64,000 nt of DNA from Mobula hypostoma (Eukaryota). Under the pieces are notes generated by a model, which was given only the letters and a program-made list of their open reading frames with translations, had not been told where the DNA came from and did not search any database. The stretch lies in assembly GCF_963921235.1 (NCBI RefSeq), contig NC_086097.1, positions 86,552,001 to 86,616,000 of the forward strand, in the 5' to 3' direction. Below are positions 39,915-52,464 of this stretch, piece after piece (position 1 is the stretch's first letter; every line of letters begins with the position of its first letter). Made by a program: the position numbers and the translations under genes.

Positions 39915-40220
39915 TGACACAGGAGGGGACAATTTGGCCCACTGGATATGTGGCTATCTTCCAGAGTATTCTTTTCAGTCCCACTTTCCTGTAACCTGTT
40001 CATTCTTGGATGTACGTTAATATCCACTTCTCCATTGATTCTCCTGCCACTCATCTACATCAGTGGGATCTTAAACTAGCTAATTAACTTACTGAATAGA
40101 TCATCTTTGGAACGTAAGAGGAAGCCCAAGTGAGAACATGCAAACTCCACAGATAGCTCTAGGGCTAGATCAAGATGAGTCAGCATAGTTGTGAAGCACA
40201 CCAGCTATTGTGCCACTATG
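39915..40220 (-). mobile_element. Degenerate V-SINE (HE1-like)
   Basis: Minus strand contains the V-domain-like tgtggagtttgcatgttctcac..gggcttcctc. Confidence 0.6.
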
Positions 40221-40784
40221 CATTACATATTTGAATAAAGAAATTGTAGGGTTATGGGGGAAGAGTAGGGAAATGGATCCAACTGGGTTTCTCCATTTAG
40301 AGCAAACGCAGTTTCAATGTGTCAAAAGCTATTCTACGCTTCTATGATTAGTGTAATATATGATGAAGGAAAATTTATGTGCTTGCTTGTAGAGGCATGC
40401 ATTGTTTTAAGAAAATTGTATAATGAAGTACAAATTATGGAGTGGCCTTTATTTAAGTAAATTCTGCAAAAATATTGTGGAAGTAATCACTATGTATGAT
40501 ACTTAGAAATTTTAAAAAGCTTGCCTTTCTAAAATTTTAGGATTTGAGAGCAAATTCCAGTGGCTCCCTCCTCCAAAGCATTCACGTCCTTCCAGAACTA
40601 CATAATGCTCAACTATAAATCAATGCTCACTCCACTCACCCCAGCACCGAACATATTCCACAACCTATGGATTCACTTTCAAAGACTCTAAGTTCATGGT
40701 CTCACTATTTATTTATTATTATTATTTTGTTTGTTTCTCTCTTTTTGCATTTATGTATTTTGTTGTATTTTACATATTGGTTGT

Positions 40785-41091
40785 GTGGGCATGTGGCCAA
40801 GTGGTTAAGGCATTGGACTAGCGACCTGAAGTTCGAGCCCCAGCCAAGGGAACGTGTTGTGTCCTTGAGCAAGGCACTTAATCACACATTGCTCTGCGAT
40901 GACACTGGCGCCAAGCTGGATGGGTCCTAATGCCCTTCCCTTGGACAACATTGGTGTCGTGAAGAGGGGAGACTTGCAGCATGGGCAACTGCTGGTCTTC
41001 CATACAACCTTGCCCAGGCCTGCGCCCTGGAGAGTGAAGACTTTCCAGGCACAGATCCATGGTCTCGCAAGACTAACAGAGGCCTTAACTA
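40785..41091 (+). mobile_element. tRNA-headed SINE with RTE-type tail, inserted in a Rex1 3' fragment (about 40595-41250)
   Basis: A box TGGCCAAGTGG, B box GTTCGAGCC, 13-bp TSD ACATATTGGTTGT. Confidence 0.88.
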
Positions 41092-41999
41092 ACATATTGG
41101 TTGTTTAGCCATCTTCATTGTATGTGGTTATTCATTGATTCTATTGAGTTTCTTTGTATTTACCATGAATACCAACAAGAATGTGAATCTCAGGGTTGCA
41201 TATGGTGACATATATGGACTCTGATAATAAATCCACTTTGAACTTTAACCTATACCACCATTTGGAGCACCATCAATTCTATAACAATATTTATTTTACA
41301 TAACAATCTTAGTTTCTTGTCCCAACAAGATTAAAAATGTGTGCACGTGGTAGTTTCCTAAATTGTTACCATTACATATTCAATGTGGAATTGCTTTATA
41401 AATACCCCTTTCCTCATCCTTCGAAAATGTATCACCTCTCACTACTCAACATTAAATTTCATAGTCTGTGAGTCTGCCCATTTCATCAACGCCTAAATCA
41501 AAACTCGTCTGAAATCCATGTACCCAATATCAGACGCACTACCCTCACCAACTCTCTACTACTTCATCAAAAAGCATTTTAGGGGCAGATGTTACATCGA
41601 CAGGGAGGAAACATAATCACAGAAAAATGTGAATGCAATATTGGTGATCATAAACTGGGCCTAGGGAGCTTTGAAGTAAAGGATCTACTGAAAGTTAGGC
41701 ATTGAGCAGTAACATTTCGGATGAGTTAAAATTTACTGCGAATAGATGATGGGAAAGAATCCAAAATTCTGGAATTGTGAGGTCTAGGAGCAATAAGAAC
41801 ATTTTCAGTCACAGATGGATTGAGGCAATAGTATATACAAAAACTATCACTGAAGTATGTCATCTTGATGATCAACCTGACATGGAGACATAAAGATCAA
41901 ATAGTACATTACTTCTGTGAACTTTTGGTTTAGTCTCAGACAGTACTTGGGCATGGGATGAATTTCATGGCTTAAATGTAGACATTCTGAATTTAGCCA

Positions 42000-44900
42000 T
42001 GTTGCATTTTGTAACTCCAAAACAAATTGAAAGAAAAACACACGGAGCCTGGGGATAAATGTGTGTACTTAATTTTTACTTTAGCGAGACATGAACATAT
42101 GATGTGATGGCTTAATGACCTATGCCACTCATGTACTTTTACATATAACCCATAATTACTTTAATAACATAGAATGCTTAATCAAACAATATATTTATAT
42201 TACTGCTCAAATATTACTGTGATGTTAAATACACACACTTCTCTCTGCATAGCTATAAACTTCAACTCAATACAGAATACATCTCAACTACATGCACAAT
42301 ATACTTTATAATGCAACTACTATATAGACATCCACAGCCAAGTAAATTTTTAATGTCCCTTTAAAGCCTCAAGATTTAATCGCTGTGGAGGATTTCCTAC
42401 TCTTGTATGATAATGTCTTTCCTGCCCGGGGGTGGGGGCGGGGGTGGGGGGGGGGTCACTCTGCTTGGCAGGTGAGACTTGTGGCTGTGAAACAATCTCC
42501 TGTCCTGGGAACCCCTCCATGGAGGCTACAGGAGATGACTCCGGCTCTGCAGGGAGTGGCTCTGACAGCTCTGGCCAACTTTCCTCTGGACACGCTGGCA
42601 TCCCAAACAGTTGGCATCTGAGGCCATCTTTGAGCCAACGCTTTCATTTTGACCATGCCTAGGTGACCGCCATGTATCTTCTCCAACACTGTACTCTCAG
42701 CTTGGATAGTACAGCAGCTCTCAATCCCCACAAAAGTCAGCCTCCATGAAGGGCAAGTACATCCCAGCACTGGTAAAAATGGGGGAAACTTCTGCTGCAC
42801 ACTCAAGCCATTTTGGGTTGCTACGTAGACCTCAGACAGTGTGTAGTTTTTACTGGTTTCCTTTGGGATCATCCCTGCTGTAATAGGGAGACTTTTAATT
42901 TGCATTAGGGAGAATACGACTAGAGGAGTGTCCTCTTTTGTAAAATCTGTCAGGTATTTCCAATCCCAAGGGTAAACAGGACAATCTATCAGCATTTCCA
43001 TTATTAGTCATCCGCTTGAATTTAATCTTGCAATTATGTCCTCCAAAAAACAAAGCTCTTCTCTTCATTCATGCTGTTATTATAAGTGGAGCACCCTTCT
43101 GTGGATTAAAAATAGATACTAGTGGTTGATGATCAGTAATAAGGGTAAACTCTCTCCCATACAAAATACTGGTTGAAACGTTTTCACCCCAGACCAGATT
43201 CAAGGGCTCTCTGTAAATCTATGTGTAACTTTTCTCTGCAGTGGTAAGTAAATGTGATGCAAAGGCTATGGGGTGTTCACTTCCGTCAATCATAACATCT
43301 GACATGACTGCACCTATACCATGAGGCTAGTTTCAATGGATGATGTGGATCATAATGTGTGAGTACAGTATCTGCTGTCATGATTTCTATTGCCTTTAGG
43401 AAAGCCACTTCACACTGCTTTGTCCATTGTCATTTGTTCTCGAACTGTAGTAGTAAGTTCAAGGGCTGCAGCACAGTAGCTAATTTGGCAGGTGCCTGTC
43501 ATAGTAATTGCCAAATCCTTAAAAGGACCACAACTGTGATACGTCCTTTGATCTTGGGGCATCCACCATGCTTGAATTTCCTCAGCACACTTGTAGATAG
43601 GACTCAGCTAAGTCCACTCCAGAAAGGTGTGCAAAGATATCCTCTATCCTGGGCAGAGGACACTGATCTATTTTCAGTACTGGGTTGATGGTGACCTTAA
43701 AATCACCACAGATCCTGACAGACCCATTCTTCTTGGCTACACTGACCACTGGTATTTCCCATTGGCTCCACTCAATCTTGGAAAGAACTCCTTCAGCCTC
43801 CATGTGATCTAGCTCACTAGCTACTTTATCATGGTTGATATAAGGAAATGGACGACTGTTGTAAATCTAGGTGTGGCATTTTCATTTACCACTATTTTCC
43901 CTTGATATGTTTGAGTTTTCAAATGCCATCCCTGAACACTGATGTAGCATCATCCAGTATCTTGATTAAATCACTTTCAGCTGCCCTTATTGCAGAGGAT
44001 ATAGCATGGACCTCCAATCAAGTTGTGGTTGTAGTTATCTCAGCCACTCATGTCCCCACAATGCTGGCCCTCCTGTTTTTACCACATACAATCCCAATGT
44101 GACTTGTTGGTGTTTGTATTTCACTGTTATGAATGTCATTCCCACAGGACTTATCTTTTCTCCAGTATAGGTTCTTGGGTGGATATCTGCAGGCTTTAGT
44201 TCAGTATCTTTGAAATGCCACTCAAACTCATTTTGTGGAATGACTGAGACAGCCAAACCAGTGTCCAATTGCATTTTAATTAATTTGCTGTTCGCTTCTG
44301 GTGTAAGCCATATTGCTTGCATCTGGTTAGTTTCCACGTTGTAAATCTCAAGGCTACCAAGTCTTGCATCACTCTCATCATAATCCAATTTTTCACCAAC
44401 AGCATGTAGATTCATGCTCTTTTTGAAACTGCAAAATGGATGTTTATCTTTATCTCTTTCCTCTGCAGCAATTCCAAGTGTTCTTTTAAATGTGAGTTGT
44501 ACTTCAGTTAGGTGCGATTTTAATGCATTTTTGTAAGATTCTACAAACTAAATGATCTCTCAGTGCATCATTAAACCCATCACCAAACTGACAATGCTCA
44601 GACAATCTCTTCAATTCAGCCATGTAAGCTGAAATGGATTCCCCTTCCTTTTGATTCTGCATATGAAATCTAAAGCATTCTGCAATCAACAATGGTTTTG
44701 GTTCTAAACGTTCCTGCATTACTTTCATGGTATCAGCAAATCTCATTTCAGCTAGTTTGGTTACAGCAGTCGAACTTCTTAGCAAACTATAAGATTTCCA
44801 AGCAATGCACTCAGCAACAATGGCACCCGCTTTACACTGGCTATTTCATTTGCTTTAAAACACTGCTCAATTCACTCAGTATACATCTGTCAGTTATCTG

Positions 44901-45397
44901 CTGTATAATTGAACACATCTATCTTACTAATGTAGCCAGCTATTTCTGCCTTTTTAAGTTAATATTAATAAGTAATAATTAAGTTAATAATTATTATAAA
45001 ATTCATGAACCCATGAATTTTAACCATTTTCTGCCTTTTTATTTTTACTTGACCATCTCTGTCCCTCTTCTGAAGAAACACGTGATTTTTTTTTAAACTT
45101 AATCATCTCGCTGCACAACAACAGGTAGGCAGTCGTCTCGGGTTCACTTAAAACTTCCTTGTCACCACTGTTATATTTTGTAATTCCAAAACCAATCAAA
45201 AGAAAAATATGGGGAGCGGTGGGATAAATACATGTACTTCATTTTACTTTAGCGAGGCGCACACATATGACGTGGTGGCATAATGACGTATGCAATTCAT
45301 GTACTTTTACATATAACCCATAAATGAATTACTTAAACAAACAATGCTAAATCAAATAATATATTCACAATATTACTGAAATATTATATACACAATA
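42000..45397 (-). mobile_element. Ty3/Gypsy LTR retrotransposon, internally deleted
   Basis: LTRs at 42000-42237 and 45169-45397. PBS-like TGGTGACAAG. Gag IAECFRFH..NQKEGESISAY..CQFGD, PR LDTGLAVSVI, RT PVVSVAKKNGSVRICGDFKVTINP, IN HGGHLGMVKMKALA. Confidence 0.92.
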
Positions 45398-45429
45398 TAC
45401 CATTACCAATTGCTGTAGTTTTCCCAATT

Positions 45430-45900
45430 ATTACTGGGAATTAGACTTCTTCCCACACAAAACTGAATGGGCATAAAACCTCTAATGCCCTGGGGAAGCT
45501 GGAAAAGATCATGATGATGTGGAAATGATATTATGAGTCTGTGGAGTATGGAATATTTTCTGATGATGTTGCCTAGATAAAGTAGGTTGATGAGAAGGAG
45601 GAGAGAGCCAAGAACAGAACCTTAGAGCCTCATGAATTTATCAGTATGGGATATGGAAGAGATCCATTCACTAGAAGTAGTAACCCCATAGATTGACAGA
45701 TGGATTGGCGCCAAAGGGGGTCAGTTCCATTTCATTGGATAACAGTAGCCCGAGTTGAGGATAGTATAGATTGTTTTATCCATGTCGATAGGCTGTTCGA
45801 GAAGGAAAATGAATGATCTATTTGAGACTGCACAGCAAAGTCAGTAGTGCCATGATAAAAAAAATCAACCAGGAAAATTACTGAATAGCTGCATAGGCAC
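45430..45900 (-). mobile_element. Ancient L2/CR1-group RT fragment
   Basis: Minus strand reads GSVLGSLLLLIN, resembling the QGSVLGPLLF motif, near 45590-45625. Confidence 0.45.
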
Positions 45901-47319
45901 TGCAAGGGGGAGGCAAATTGCAATGCCATTTTAAACACAAATCTTAAATCAATCATCACTTAATCTTCCAAATTCCAGAAATAACAACCCTAATTTCCGC
46001 AATCTCTTCACATTTCCTGAAATCCGGACAACAGCCACAAATCAATGCTGTGCTCCTGCAAGCCCAATGTATCCTTCCCAAGATACAGCATCCAGAATTC
46101 CTTACATTATTCCTGATGTGGTCTGATCAGAACATTCTATAGCTGTAGCATTACTTTGACCCCTCTTACTCCAAACCTCTGCATAAAAGGCTAGCAATCC
46201 ACTATCTGCCTATGTCACATTCAATTAATTTGTTTCAAAGAACCACCACCTGCCATCTGTCTTTGAACTTCTATTTATACCCAAAGCGAACGGCCTCATA
46301 TCTCTCTAATTGAAATAAATTTGCAGGTTTAATATATGAATTAAGTTAATTAACATCTTTCTAATTTAGTGCTTCCATCAATACTCATTTTACACTACCT
46401 ATTTTTGTGTCACCCCCTATTTTTGTCTCCCTCTTCTCTCAAAGATGCCAATGTCATATTGGTAGTTATCATTTGCCACTTTTGACCAGGAAATACCTTT
46501 CCTTGTGTTCTACTGTGTAGTTGACTTCAGCACTGGAATCTGCTTCTATAAGAAAGTTGCTGTTGAATGGTGGCAACTATGAACCTCCATCCCACACTAA
46601 CCCCCTCCCTCCAACCCCGCATCTAATTGATGGTACAGTAAGGCCTGATAGGGAAGTAGCAGTGACTCTTTGTGGCAGATTGAGAACGGGATCAGCAGAG
46701 GCAGTGGGCTTTGCTGAATATGCGGAAAAGACAATATTGAAAGGCTGGAGTAATCCCACAACAAAGGTCGCCAGAAGCATTTATAAACATGATAAATAGT
46801 TGCAGCCTAATGGAATCTCATTTTGGGAGCCCAACAATTTGATCACCTGCCTATTCCCTGTCTCCCGTCACTCGGTCATCTCCTCGCTAGATTGTTCCTT
46901 TGAGCTTCAACTTTGTCACATATTCTTACGATGGACTGTGGAAAAAACATTATCGCGTCCGCTACTTGACTGGAGAAATGCTTGAGGTTCATCGGGACTG
47001 ACTGACAGACAAACCGTTTACAATTAGGGCTGGCTCTCTCTAGCATAAATACAACAAATAAACATCACTAGAATCAAAGATTTGAGATGAAGTGATGGGA
47101 TGCAGGAAGACGGGAATGTTGCTTCTGCAGATGCTCCGATGCCCCCCACTATTTGAAATAGTCAACCATTATTTAAAATGACAATGTTTGTAATAACTAG
47201 AATATTTTCAGTCATACTGGGATTTGTTCTTTCTGCATTCCGTTCGATATGTTTTGATGTGTTTGAGCTGAATTAGAAACACCAGTGTTTGCTCCCATCC
47301 ACTGAGATGCATTCGCAAC

Positions 47320-47960
47320 CAGGCTGAAGCCGGTTGCGCAAAAGCCAACCTACCTTGGAGAGCACCTCCACCACATCCCCCTTGCGCAGGCTGAGTTCGT
47401 CTTCGGCGCTCGCCTCATAGTCGAAGACGGCCGTCCAGTAAAGGTTAGCAGTAGGTTGCTGCTCCTCCTCCTCCTCCTCCTCGTCCTCTTCTTCCACCTC
47501 CTGCTGTTGCCAGGCTTCCCGCACCGCCCTATCCCTATCCTCAACCTCCTCCTTCCCCACAGCTGTCGAGGAGGACGAGAAGCCGGCTGCTGCAGAGGAG
47601 GGGGACCAGATGAATACGGATCTGAGCTGCTCCATGGGGGGGAGGGAAGAGCAAGGGAGAAGCGGCAGCGCCGCTCCTCCGATCGCATCCGTCACCACCT
47701 GCAATTCAGCCTATCCTGATGACTGAGGCGAAGGAGGGAGGAAAGGGGGCCGAAATTCCGCACGTCCCGCCTACTCTCCCGGCAGCCTCCCCGATAATTG
47801 GCTTTACCAGCTGTGTCACTCCGGAGCAATCCACAATTCGATTCACTGCGCTCACATGTCAATCATACAAGCGTCCCGTCTCTGGTCCCGGGAATTTGGG
47901 AAGAGAAGGCTGCGAATGGATCTGCGATGTGACGGGATGGCTGTCTCTTCTCTGAAACGG
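47320..47960 (-). promoter_or_regulatory. CpG-island-like promoter / 5' UTR of MAP3K9
   Basis: The only non-repeat GC- and CpG-rich stretch in the window. It covers exon 1 and about 300 bp upstream. Confidence 0.6.
47354..47635 (-). CDS. MAP3K9: MAP3K9 (MLK1) coding exon 1: acidic N-terminus and first half of the SH3 domain
   Basis: ATG at 47635. Translates MEQLRSV...EEEDEEEEEEE...[29 protein letters not shown], followed by donor GTAGGT (phase 0). Matches MLK1 [29 protein letters not shown]. Lies in a CpG-rich block. Confidence 0.93.
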
Positions 47961-48910
47961 ACTGAACAGCTTAAACAGTCTGCAATTTCCTCCATGTCGC
48001 CCTCCATTGTTTCACTTGTCATATTTTAAAGTGTCCTGCTCTAAAATATACGATGCCTATGCAATTCATTCTGTCGCATCCATCACGCAAATTCTCCCCG
48101 AAGTACCATGATGGGAATGAAGTGGTAGTTGGGATCCAATATTGTATCAGTATGTGCTATCCCTGTATTTGTTCTGGCCGATGACTTAAAAACATACTCT
48201 GCAACTTGCAGTAGACCTTTACAACACAATTAAATCAGAATGAGCATCATGGTCATTATACCTGCTTTGGACACTGGATCTGAGTTTACTGGTGTTTGAT
48301 CTTTTCGCCAGTTTGTGATAACAAATAAAAAAATTTGACTACATGGTAAACAAAGACGTTCAATGCCGTGATGGAGGGTCTTGGTCTGAAACATAGGCTG
48401 TTTACACTTTTCCATTGATGTTGCCTGACCTGCTGGGTACCTCCAGCATCTTATGTGTGTTCCTTTGGATTTGCAGCTTCTGCAGATTATCTGGTGTTTG
48501 AAAGACACCTTCATCCTCGTAAAGAACTATTCAGAGGAGCAAGATCTTGCATGTCAGCCTGGGCCATGACGGGAGCAGACAACAGGCCCAACAAAGCCAG
48601 CAACATATTCAACTGAGATAAAAATTAAGATTACATGCCAGAATTAGAAATAAAGAATGCAAATTTTGCACAAAGGCACCATGCACACGAGAGACAAACT
48701 ATGATCTCTGACATAAATTAGTCTTTATGCTAAATAATCAACTTGGAAAATTAATGCAGGGTTTTGATATCACAACGTATTCGAAACTGAGCTCAGAGTA
48801 TTTAATTCTTTTTAATATGAAGAGACAATGATAAATTACACATTTATTTTTGACAGTTCAGTGATCAAACCATTTCAGAGGTCCAAAGTCTTGAAGGAAT
48901 CTTCATTATC

Positions 48911-49325
48911 AATCATCATCATCATTATGTGCCATGTTGTATGACATGTGCGATCATGGTTTTCTGACTTTAATCTGAGAAGTTCTGAGGGTTTCCCACT
49001 ATTCTTCTTATTCTTTTCTCCATACATGACCATAATTGTTCTTGGCAAATTTTGCAGAAGTGGTTTTCCATTGCCTTCTTCTGGGCAGAGTCTTTGCAAG
49101 ACAGGTGACCCGGCCATGCTTCAGAGATTGTCTGCCTGGCATCAGTGGCCACGTAACCAGGGCTAGTGGCATGCAACAGCTGTTAGTATGACTATCCACC
49201 ACCTGCTGCCATGGCTTCACCTGACCCTGATCAGGGGGCTAAGCAGCTGCTACACCTTCCCCGAGGGTGACCTGCAGGCTAGCAGAGGGAAAGAGTTTGA
49301 TAGAGATGTACCTCCACTCTGCCAA
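48911..49325 (-). mobile_element. RTE/BovB-related non-autonomous element
   Basis: gaagaaggcaatggaaaaccacttctgcaaaatttgccaaga (Bov-A-like) and a (GAT)n tail. Confidence 0.65.
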
Positions 49326-50689
49326 CTTGATTTTTACGTATCATTTGACATATTTTAAATAAATTCAGACACTGAAAAGTTCATGATAAAGCCACCTGAC
49401 TCTTTAGTTAACTCTTTATATTTGGCTTGCTTTGCTGTGTAATTTGAGAAGTTTTGGCATGTCATACTTTAGTTTTCACAGCTGAATGTCTAAATTAAAG
49501 CATACAGTATGGCAGTAAAATATGCAAATTGACTGCTAGAAATGAAAACAATCTGCTGCTTTATGAGTTAGAAATAGGCAGACAAATGATTAGACATATG
49601 TTGTATTTCATTATATCAAATATGTACAGAATGAGCTTTTTGAGCAAAGTGGGTAGGACAGGGGAGAGCAGGATTTTAAAAGATGTCATAGAAAAATCAC
49701 ATTTGTGGTTTGAATTGTAACATAGGGAATGCAGTAATAGAAAGTGTAAGATCTAGATTTAAGCAAGCTGATGCAGAATATTTTCTAATGTAAAAAAAGC
49801 ACTAGAAATTGTGGGAGAACAAAGATATTTAGCTATCCATAAATAGAGATCAATATAAACTAATCAAAATGACAAATGGCATTTTAGCCTTTACCTCAAA
49901 GAGACTGGAACACAAAGGGCTTCAGTTATAGAAGGTGATAGCCAAGCACCATCTGGTGTATTAAGTTCTCTTCCAGGCACCACAGCTGGATTTGTCTGGT
50001 GTGATATGTTGAATTCATATTGGGCATACTGATATTCTCTTTAATTTATGAGATAGCAGCAGTAGCAGCAATCTTTTTAAGATGATTCCTTATGGATTCC
50101 AAAGGATTCCGCAGTAATCCAGTGCTGGGGTTGTAGGTGGATCTTCAGAAATTACATATGCTTCCATGTGGGAAAGGGTGGATTTCCCACATAGAAGTTC
50201 ATCCTTCCTTTACACACAATCTTCTCAGCTTTGATGACAAGCATTTCTTCTGAAGCAGGTTTTTCTGTGATAAAGATTCCAACAGCAATAACAGTGATTT
50301 GTGTCTATTTTTCCAAACTAATATATCTGTGACTGCTTCTAAGTGATGTGCTACCTCCACTTTTTGTAACATTTCTTTTCATCATCAGTAGACTTTGGGC
50401 TATGGCTGGGCAGGAGTACAAAACTTGAAAATTAAAAATCTAGAAATAAGAAATTAGAAGTAATGATAATACTGAAAGCACTCAGTAGGTCTGAAGATGC
50501 TACAGTAATTTAGACGTTAAAGGCTGAAATCCCAACATTTCCAAAGTGTCAGAAAGCAATTCTCAGCTGAGAATTCATCTTTTGTGCTAAAAATCAAATT
50601 TTTTAAAAGCTTGTGAGGAATGGTTAAAGTAAGCAAACACTTTAATTGTGTAATACGTTAAGTAGTTCAAGATCTCTGACAGCATGGTT

Positions 50690-51520
50690 CAACACGCAGG
50701 TGAAGAATAAGTTAAAAGGAAAGGGCCAACACAAACCCTTGTTTCACACCATTTGAAATGCTGAATCGGTCTGAAGCTTCTCTGTTTGACAGGACAGGGC
50801 CAATCACATTGTCGTGAAAGAGCTGAATGAAGTTGACAAATTTGTGGGGGCATCCCAGCTTGACAATACCCTGCAGATAGCTTCTCTGCTGACCATGTCA
50901 AATGCTTTGGTTAGATCTATGAAAACAGCGTATAAGTTCAAATGTTGTCTTACGCACTTTTCCTGAACCTGACAAACAGCGAAGACCTTGTCAATAGTGC
51001 TGCGACTCAAGTGAAAACCACATTGTGTCTCAGGGAGATTCCATCTGATATGCTGGTGATCGGACTGTTGAAAATTCTACGGGCCAGAACCTTCCCAGCA
51101 ATGGTCAAGCGGGAGATGCCTCGGTAGTCACCACAGTCAGCTTTGCTTCCCTTCTCCTCTCCTGTCATCAGACAGTACAACTTTGCTCAGGGGGAAGAAC
51201 AGCACCAACCCCAGATGGAGGGAGCACTTCAGCAACTTCCTTGGCAGACCCTCTGCTGTAGACCACGTTTCATTTGACCAGATCTGGCAGAAAACTTTTA
51301 TTGGCACTCTCGAACTTTTTCCTACATTAAATGAAGTCAAGAAAGCCATTGCTCAGACAAGCTCTGGAAAATTCCATGGGCAGGATGGAATCCCCGCTGA
51401 GATCTTCAAGTCAGCAGGTTCAGTTGCAATCAAAACCTTCCACACTATTCTTATGAGCAACTGGGAAAAGAAGCTTTTTTGCTTAAAGACTTCAAAAATG
51501 CCATGATCGTCCCGCTGTTT
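50690..51520. mobile_element. RTE LINE RT fragment with an internal inversion
   Basis: Plus 51180-51520: RWREHFS..PTLNEVKKAI..GQDGIPAEIFK..IVPLFK. Minus 51160-50690: DCGDYRGIS..IAGKVLAR..QEKC..FIDLTKAFD. Confidence 0.85.
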
Positions 51521-52464
51521 AAAATATGAAGTAATACAAAAAGAAATGCTAAAGTAATAATAACTGAGAGAGGTAAAGAGTACAAGCATATAGCAACACC
51601 ACTGAGAATGAAGTGTAAAAGGGGTAATTGATTCAGAAGCTTGATAGCATTGGGGAAGAGACTGTTTTTAAGTCTGGATGTCTGGACTTTCAAGTCCTGT
51701 GTCTTCCTCCAGAAAGTAGAAGACAGAAGAGGAAATGGCCAGGGTGTCAGACATCATTGATGATACTGTAGGGTAACGTAATTGGGAGAAATGTACATAA
51801 TTCACAACCACCGACATTGAGTTGGGGTTTCGCTCTAAGCGACTGGTCTGACATGATAACATTATTATGTGAAGAGTTTTAGTATGCTTTGGTGTGTGGG
51901 TTTTGGAATTCAATAAAATGTGTTACAGGTTTCATTAAACATAAGACAACTCACTTCATTTTTATTTGGGAAAACCTACATAGGTGACCCTTATGCTCTA
52001 GGATGATTCCAGAATTATTGAACATGTCAGCCAACAGGGTCGATTGAAGCTGCCAGAGTTTTGGGGTCAAAATGCCATCACTTGGTTTGTACAAGCAGAG
52101 GCCCAGTTCTCCCTGCGAGAAATCACTGCCAATGACACCAAATTCTACTATGTGGTGGTGTCACCCAGCAATTCCACAATGGAGAGAGTAGAGAGTCTGC
52201 TTGAACACCTGCCTAAACATGATAAATACTGATGACTGAAACTCGCCTTTTACAGACTTTTGGACAATTGGAGTCAGGGCGCGACAAACAGATGCTCTCC
52301 TTACTCGGTTTCGGCAATGCTAGGCCTTTGGAGATAATGGACCATGTGTTGTCTCTCCAGGGAAATCACCATCCTTGTTCTGTTTTTAAAGAATTCTCCA
52401 TGCAACAAATGCCTGATGAAGTTTGCATAGCGCTTGCTAATGCACCCACGATAGGGAGCTTATA

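Noticed and set aside
40785-40845. tRNA gene
   Set aside because: The A/B boxes belong to a SINE head with a TSD, and there is no complete cloverleaf.
47636-47704. Upstream in-frame TTG start extending MAP3K9
   Set aside because: Non-ATG start. The ATG at 47635 gives an N-terminus comparable to orthologues.
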